A DNA stretch of 64,000 nt from Tubiluchus corallicola (Eukaryota; Animalia; Priapulida). Made by a program: the position numbers and the translations under genes. The stretch covers positions 1,192,447 to 1,256,446 of the forward strand of contig JAQGDQ010000013.1 of the NCBI GenBank assembly GCA_030141605.1, read 5' to 3'. The notes beneath the pieces were generated by a model. The model had not been told where the DNA came from and searched no databases. It was given only the letters and a program-made list of their open reading frames with translations. Shown piece by piece: positions 52,008-64,000 of the stretch (positions are counted from its first letter, which is position 1; every line of letters starts with the position of its first letter).

Positions 52008-52692
52008 CTTAATTTACATAGTTAAAAATCATACCAAACATTTCGACAGATTACTGCTGTCATCATTAGTAGTAAATTTTACAGAGTAAAATAGACAAAA
52101 TGTCCACATTCTTACAGTCGGGTATTATTTATAGAGTTCAGTGCAACATTTGCAATGCTGCTTACCATGGTAACATGTCCAGACAATTTAAAGTAAGAAT
52201 TTGGGATTTCATCTAGAACTGGCAAAAAATAAAAAAATTCTCCATATTTGTGCCTCTGGTCACAAAACTGATTTTAATAATTTCAGTATTGTCACCAGAC
52301 CTACAAATAACTGGAACTTATTAACAAAAGAAAGTTTATCCATGTATCCTAATAAGCCTTCTCTTAATGTACAAAGCAGTCAACTCCTCTAACTTTATTT
52401 TCAAACACTTTGCTATTTGTTACTGCATCAATTTCTTTTCTATAGGTCTGGTTAATCATAACCTGTTTGGTTTTTGTGAACACATAATTACTGCATAGTT
52501 TGCTGTATCAGTTTCTTTACTGGCCTTATTATTATTACCTAATTGGCTTCTGTTAGCTACATAATTAGTTGCATAATGTTCTATAGGTTCTGCCTATATA
52601 AACCGATTGCATGTTTGTAAAAATTTACCACTGATGATAATAGCAGTAGTCTGTTGAAACATTTGGTATGATATTCAACTATATAAATTAAA
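52008..52692 (+). mobile_element. Penelope-like retroelement fossil: GIY-YIG endonuclease fragment flanked by inverted terminal repeats bearing hammerhead motifs
   Basis: 52085-52395 translates (with lesions) KIDKMSTFLQSGIIYRVQCNICNAAYHGNMSRQFKVRI ... HICASGHKTDFNNFSIV...NWNLLTKESL...KPSLNVQ; 52008-52085 is an inverted copy of 52616-52692. Confidence 0.8.
52626..52668 (+). ncRNA. Degenerate minimal type I hammerhead ribozyme motif (Penelope-associated)
   Basis: TACCA-CTGATGA-T-AATAG cagtagt CTGTT-GAAA-CATT-TGGTA: stem I TACCA/TGGTA, stem II, conserved core boxes. The inverted copy reads TACTA-CTAATGA-T-GACAG cagtaat CTGTC-GAAA-TGTT-TGGTA. Confidence 0.6.
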
Positions 52693-53687
52693 AGTTCAGA
52701 AATGTAATTTTAATAAAAACCTACAGGTAATGCATAAAGCAGGTGAAAATGCCTTTTTAGTTATCTCCAAGTCTCCTGTGAGGTCAAGTGTAACTTTTTT
52801 CATATGAACTTCACTACAGAACAGAAAAACCCACACAAGTTACGCACCTATTTCTGTTAGTTATTTCAAGATGGCTTGTGCACCTATATTATAATTTTAT
52901 AAGACTTTTTTGCAAATCCTTGTGTCCATTTTGTGAAACTGGAACTGCAAAGCTTCTAATATGAAAAAAACTTTGCAATTTACTTATGCAGATTTTCCAG
53001 TACAATTTTATAGGCCCTAAAATTTCTCAGGCTAATGATATCAGCCACACAACACTTCATAAAATGAGAAAGTGAGTAGATATTCTGGTTAGTATTTCCC
53101 AAGTTTTCATTTGCCACAATTGCCTTACCATGCAAGTTTTTGCCATGATGTGCAGTACTTGCTTCTACAAGCAGACATGATCCATTTTCATGCTTTTGGT
53201 TTATGTTGTCCACTGGATTAAAAAACATTCTTAAAAGAGCGCGGGCTAAACATATTTTTTTTATTAAAAACAGATGTACCACATGTATACATGATTCTAC
53301 CATTTTTGATCATAAACCAACTTGCTTTTAATAAGCTTCAAGATCAGCAAGCAGCTTTTTGAAGGACACACACAAAACTATTTTTTATTAAACAATGATA
53401 GTATATACGTATTTGTAAATCTGTTTTACAAGTGCAAATCAAACAAGCAGTGTGCCAGAACAATATCATTGTTTAATTGCAACAAATTAGTATGATATTT
53501 TCATTTGAAAGTGTATTATTGGAAAACTAGTAAAAGAGTAATGAACTTTTCATTAAAAATACATTTACATAACTTTGCATCTTAATTTACAGTGACTATT
53601 AGGTACCCAACGAGGCCTATTAAAACGACCTATATTTATAGACCTACATAACAATTATTGTACTTATAAAGTTAAAAACATTAAGTA

Positions 53688-58951
<5,264 letters not shown>

Positions 58952-60390
58952 GTTCGTAGTTGAAAAGGGTCCGTTACATTGGAACGCTAGAAGAATGGCA
59001 TTTTTGCAACTCACGCGATTGCGAAGTTTCCCATGCTGCTAAACGTAACATCGAAACTGCAATGGTAAAATTTTGTGTAATGTCATATTGTTTATCAGCA
59101 CAATTTAATAATTCAGTAAAATACTATATAATATAATTTATATATGTAACATTTGTGTATGGTATGTGTGCTATACTAATGTTGCGATTGTTGCTAGTGC
59201 TACCAAGCCTTTTTTCATAAAATAAATAAGCCAAGTCAGTGTGATTTCAGTCATGCTATAGTTGATCCTTTGGCGCTTCTAGATTTACTCCAGTAATATC
59301 TCGAAGTTCTAATTCTTGTCTGTCCCGGCACGGGCTTCCACTAACATGCTTATGTCTGACTTATGACTTTTTTGATCAACCACATTGTATAATGCACGTT
59401 TTTCTTGCTTAAGCATTTTAGTACAGTCATGTCACTTTTCTTCACAATGCGGACACAATTATTGTTACATTTGCTATCGCATCTCAAAAAAAATTCAGAA
59501 ATTTACGTAACCTAAAACCCGTTCTCATGGCATTTGGTTTGCATAATAGTTATTTGGTTACGAGAATTAAAATTTCAAATAACTGGTCAGACAGATGCAA
59601 TAATATAATACTTTGTGTAAAAATTGCCATTATATCAAGCTTATTCGCAAGTGTTTGAAGATAAAGTTAAAGGAATTGAAGTGAAGCTTGTTAGACGAAG
59701 TTAAAGCTTCATGCATTCTACAGTGCTAGGTTTCCTTTGTTTAACATATGAAGTATTGTCAAATGCAGCTGAGAAAAAGATAAAAATATTGTCCAGCTAT
59801 GCAAAATTTTGTGTTTCTAACTTTATTATTGCATTGCATTGCCAGAGTAGGATGTGAACTATAGTAGTAGAAAGTGAACTGGGACGTGTTATAGTTCACT
59901 GTGAATAAACATATTTCAGTTTATTAACAAATAAAGATTATTGAACATTATTGTATATTTCAGTCTTCATGCCCTTGTACTGGTGAGGGGCAAAACCCCA
60001 AATTTGTCATGCTCCGGCACATAAAAATTCTCTGGCTGCCAAATTTTAGAATAATAATTTTAGTAGCAAGGTTTTTGGAATTGCTCTAAACAGCACCAAA
60101 AATGCTTTAAAAGGCAAGAAAACCAGTGTACACGTTTTTCGTTTTTCTTGAAGGGGATAAGTGGACTCTAACCTTAACCCTAACATCATGCATGCATTGT
60201 ATTGTGAGGCACAGCATCCATTCACTGTTTTTACTAATTGTTGCTCACCTAGAGTAATCTGTAAAATGGCAGACATGAACAGTTCATACTAGTATTTGTC
60301 ATCTTCCGAATTATTGGCATTCATGCTTGCTTGAAACAATATATTAAAGTTTAATATTACCTTTTACCGATTTTTTGAAGATGGATTGAG

Positions 60391-60942
60391 ATGCCAAGAA
60401 TGGCAAGCATATGGAAATGGTATGTTAAGGTACTAAAACGACACCCATGGAAGACGCAAGCTGCATCAACTGGCGCAATATTCTGTGCAGGTGACGCAGT
60501 CGCTCAGTTTGCCATTGAAAGAAAACATTTGCAACAGTTCGATGTGATACGAAATGGACGATTCGCATTTTATGGTTTGTTCATTGCTGGACCTGCTTTG
60601 CGTAGTTGGTACTTGTGTTTAGAGAAAATATTTGGTACCAGCGGAAGAATAAGTGTCCTCAAAAAAGTCTTTTGCGACCAAGCATTTTTTGCACCGTTGT
60701 TTCTGCTTGGTTTTGTTGGAATAATGGGATGTCTTCAAGGTGAACCTTTATACATAATCAAGCAAAGATACAAGAAACAATATGTAGACATTCTTCTTAC
60801 AAATTACAAAATTTGGCCTGCTGCGCAAATAGTAAACTTTTATATAGTGCCTTTCCAACATCGTATACTTGTTGTTAATTGTGTGGCATTAGGATGGAAT
60901 ACTTATCTAGCCTGGAAGGCTAACCATAAACTAGGAAATTAA
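60391..60942 (+). CDS. MPV17: Mitochondrial inner membrane protein MPV17 (Mpv17/PMP22 family), intronless ORF
   Basis: HPWKTQ..STG.IF.AGD.VAQ..IE; GP.LR.WY..LE; LKKV.CDQ.FFAP; Y.DIL.TNY.IWPAAQ.VNFY.VP...R.LVV..VAL.WN.YL.WKA. The start may be the second ATG at 60400. Confidence 0.95.
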   Translation: MPRMASIWKWYVKVLKRHPWKTQAASTGAIFCAGDAVAQFAIERKHLQQFDVIRNGRFAFYGLFIAGPALRSWYLCLEKIFGTSGRISVLKKVFCDQAFFAPLFLLGFVGIMGCLQGEPLYIIKQRYKKQYVDILLTNYKIWPAAQIVNFYIVPFQHRILVVNCVALGWNTYLAWKANHKLGN

Positions 60943-61090
60943 GTGGTTACACTCAAGTGCACATGGTCAGAACTAACAAGTTGAGTGCTTATACTTTAGT
61001 GCACACGATCAAAACAAGCTTTACATCAACAGAATTTGTTGTTCAGTTTATTAAGTGTATTCGCTCTTGTGTGTGATTATTGAAGTGACA

Positions 61091-62206
61091 ATGGAATTAG
61101 GATTTAGACCAATTTTATTTAGACGGGCCAATAGTGAAACTGATTCCAGTGAACAGGAGTGTGTGTCATCTGCACAATCCACCATTTCACAAGCCGAATC
61201 GGCTTCAGGAAGAGAAATAAAAGAATTCTATGAAAGTATTACTAAGTCTTCCACAAATGTTGAAAACCAGCAGAAGAGAGAGCAGCCTACTGGCAAATGT
61301 GAATTCAGAAAGCGGCATCAGAAAAAGAGAACTTGCTCTGGATTGGACGAAACAAGGAGAGCACGGAACACAAAGGTCGACAATAGTCTAGCCAGGGAGC
61401 ACAATACCTCAAAAGAAGTTGGCGTTTCACTAAGGTATCAAAATGATTTCTTAAAATCGGCACAAGATGGAGATTTGCAGAGAATGAAGAAAGTACTATC
61501 TGCGAATAAGTTGAATGTTAATGTCACAGATAGTTTTGGTTGGACAGCTTTAATGTGTGCTGCACATGCTGGTCATGTGAAAACCATTACTTATCTACTG
61601 AAGCATGGAGCTGATACAACTTTGAGGGAAAATACTAATGGCATGACAGCTTTGGATATCGCTAAGAAGTTTAATAATCCAAATGCTGCATCCGCATTAC
61701 AAACCAACAGTAGTAGCAAATATAATGATAGATATTTACCACATTCATGTAATACAACTTCATCTGCAAGTGAGGAGAAACATTTTTGTAATGTGTGCAA
61801 AAGTGAATTCTCAGAATCAGAGCGAGATCATGCAACTACGACTATTCATTTGTTTAATTTGCAAATCCGTCCAAGCGAAACTTTGTATCATATTCCTGAA
61901 AGTAATCGCGGCTTTCAAATGTTATTGAGTGGTGGATGGAACAAGGAAAGTGGACTTGGCTTACACGGTAGTGGCCGAAAGTTTCCAGTAAAGACCACGT
62001 TAAAGCAAGACAGGCGTGGGCTGGGAAGCAAGGAGGTGGGAAAGCCTAAAATAACCCATTTTGGCCCCAAAGATAAAGCAGCAATTAAATCACAAAATAA
62101 AGTTAGGAAAATGAAAGAATCAACACTGTCACGTAAGAAACGTCAGCGTCAGATTACTAAAGAACAGGCATGGGAACGAAACTTTAGACAGTATTTTGAT
62201 TCCTGA
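61091..62206 (+). CDS. GPANK1: G-patch domain and ankyrin repeat-containing protein 1, intronless ORF (371 aa from first ATG)
   Basis: Ankyrin repeats (DSFGWTALMCAAHAGH..TITYLLKHGAD; GMTALDIA), zinc-finger-like FCNVC...H..TTIHL, G-patch SNRGFQMLLSGGWNKESGLGLHGSGRKFPVKTTLKQDRRGLG, ITHF motif; strong Kozak context ACAATGG. Confidence 0.95.
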   Translation: MELGFRPILFRRANSETDSSEQECVSSAQSTISQAESASGREIKEFYESITKSSTNVENQQKREQPTGKCEFRKRHQKKRTCSGLDETRRARNTKVDNSLAREHNTSKEVGVSLRYQNDFLKSAQDGDLQRMKKVLSANKLNVNVTDSFGWTALMCAAHAGHVKTITYLLKHGADTTLRENTNGMTALDIAKKFNNPNAASALQTNSSSKYNDRYLPHSCNTTSSASEEKHFCNVCKSEFSESERDHATTTIHLFNLQIRPSETLYHIPESNRGFQMLLSGGWNKESGLGLHGSGRKFPVKTTLKQDRRGLGSKEVGKPKITHFGPKDKAAIKSQNKVRKMKESTLSRKKRQRQITKEQAWERNFRQYFDS

Positions 62207-62597
62207 AGAAATTATTGACTTATTGACTATTGTAGACTGCCATTACATGTCAATGCATATCATGTAATTGCTGTAAAGAATTGCCTTTATTACATTGTCG
62301 ATTTTTTTGTATTAAAACGTTTTATAATATGCTAAATAATGGCATTATTAAACCTATAAATTTAGAAATAAAAAAATAAGCAACTTGTGCAAACATATAT
62401 TATAAATAAGTATTAACAGCCACGTATATAAAAAACTTTCAACAGAAAAGTTACCAGCTTGTTGTTAATGCCAGCACATTACATAATAACAATACATCCT
62501 AGTCAAAAGTAATCCCATTTCAGCAAGTAATCTTTGATGAAAATCCATTGTAAATTCTTGAAATGATTTCTTGAATCACGGATTTGTAGGCAAACAT

Positions 62598-62725
62598 TTT
62601 AAATGGTGTTCATCACAGCTTAGTAGCAATCATGTACCAGTCTTCAAAATGGCGTTCATCACAACCTAGTAGCAATCGCGTAGCAGTCCACATAACACAG
62701 CTTAGTAGCAATCGTATACCAGTCT
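62598..62725. repeat. Three imperfect tandem copies (~46 bp; third partial) in the URM1 3' UTR
   Basis: CACAGCTTAGTAGCAATC.T.TACCAGTC-type unit repeated three times. Confidence 0.8.
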
Positions 62726-62738
62726 GCAAAAGCACTTG

Positions 62739-63928
62739 TCAACCACCATGAAGTGTAGAAATAAAAACTATGGAGTCATTAGGTTGAATTTCGTATTCTA
62801 AACCACCCTCCAACTCCCAGTCAGCATTGTTTATTAAAACCAAAATTCCAGGTCTCCTGTAAGAAAAAAACTGTTTTTTTAGATGTGTTATAAACATAAA
62901 ATGGAACAATTCTCATATCCGTATTCCGGAAAGTTCATGAGGTTTTTGCAACTTTGTTGACATAGCGCAAAACCGCAACATGGCTGCGTGTGCATAAACC
63001 TTTGGCTATATTTAGCTCCTGTTGCATACACAAAAGAGCAAAGTTATGAAAACTGAATCATTGATTCTTAAAAAGCTACACTATTATTCTGCAAGCAGTA
63101 AACAATTATTTGCAGACAGAATTTAATTTAACTTAATTATTTCCATTGACAACATTAATAATAGAGGTACTGACATGTGAAAAGTAAGTCCAAACCAAAC
63201 ACCATTTTGTTATTAAGGTTTCCTATCTACTTTTTACTTTGCTGTGCTTGTAACAATATTCTACTAGTAAAAAGTTAATTAAATTATGACGTGTGCAAAA
63301 AGGAAAAAGAAAAAATAACAGAAATGGGGAAAATATTAGAAGCAGACTTAAAGTCATATCATTAACTATGATAACATATCATTATACCTTAAGTAAATGC
63401 ACTACTAAATCAATGGCAGTACTAAGCAAGGCAGATGCATAAATTATTGCAAGATTCGAAGTACTGACAACTAAGCTGACTTGTGTTTTTTTTCCTTTTT
63501 CATTATGTTTCCATTTTGCTTATGTTGGCTGTACAACTGAGCATAGTATATTTAATGTATGTGTGCTAGCAGTTTAGCCTTGATAAAATTCTTAGACTAC
63601 GTAACCTATTCATAATTTTCATATACAAATATGTGATGTAGATTTGTAGTAACATGCTATAAGTATATTTTATTTCTTTTTTGTTCATTTTAATGTGGAA
63701 GTTCTATAAAGTACTACTGATGTTAAAGGAGTTTCAGTTTGAAGAAACTGAAAAGGTGCCTTACAAGTGCACTTAATTAGGCAAAAATGTAATGCTATGC
63801 ACTGTACTTCAAAAGAGAATCTTACACTTGTACATATAAAACTTACACAGTGTCTCCCTGCACAAATAATTCTGGTCTTTCCTTCAGCAGGTTGACCTTT
63901 ATCCATTTGAGAAGCTCCTTTACTGTCC
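62739..63928 (-). CDS. URM1: Ubiquitin-related modifier 1, last two exons (63847-63928, 62739-62856); 5' part lies beyond the window
   Basis: Spliced translation [27 protein letters not shown]|[38 protein letters not shown], ending in the diagnostic ISTLHGG; GT-AG sites in phase. Missed by the ORF track. Confidence 0.96.
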
Positions 63929-64000
63929 CTGAAATTTATGTAAAATTTGAAGAAATGTCCTTAGACATTACAGACATCATTCACGACTTCCAACGCTCCA

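Noticed and set aside
60940-61093. Stop-codon readthrough fusing MPV17 to GPANK1
   Set aside because: The MPV17 frame meets another stop (TGA) 13 codons later and GPANK1 is in a different frame.

Overview
AT-rich genomic DNA from an invertebrate animal (spliceosomal GT-AG introns, no prokaryotic features; I cannot identify the taxon). Genes reconstructed by hand, in order: an intronless class A GPCR (-); 3-exon ATP synthase subunit d (+); a 19-exon, ~1544-aa TMF1 golgin (-) whose 10-kb sixth coding intron holds an antisense, intronless GT10 alpha-1,3-fucosyltransferase; an intron-containing tRNA-Ile(UAU); MED7 (+); a 5-exon C1orf50/DUF2452 homolog (-); intronless MPV17 and GPANK1 ORFs only 148 bp apart on the same strand; and the last two exons of URM1 (-). 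Introns and spacers hold many non-autonomous transposons (hAT, Tc1/mariner-pogo, Harbinger-like, TTAA/Kolobok-like, and a TG..CA element with a 5-bp TSD), CR1 and Penelope-like fossils (the latter with minimal hammerhead ribozyme motifs), a structured RTE-like insertion with a 12-bp TSD, and several minisatellites. The most notable candidate system is the MPV17-GPANK1 unit. It has no poly(A) signal or room for a promoter between the ORFs, but it does have a branch point and 3' splice site. This suggests one promoter yields two unrelated proteins by alternative or trans-splicing, or as a dicistronic mRNA. All calls come from reading the sequence; no searches were run.
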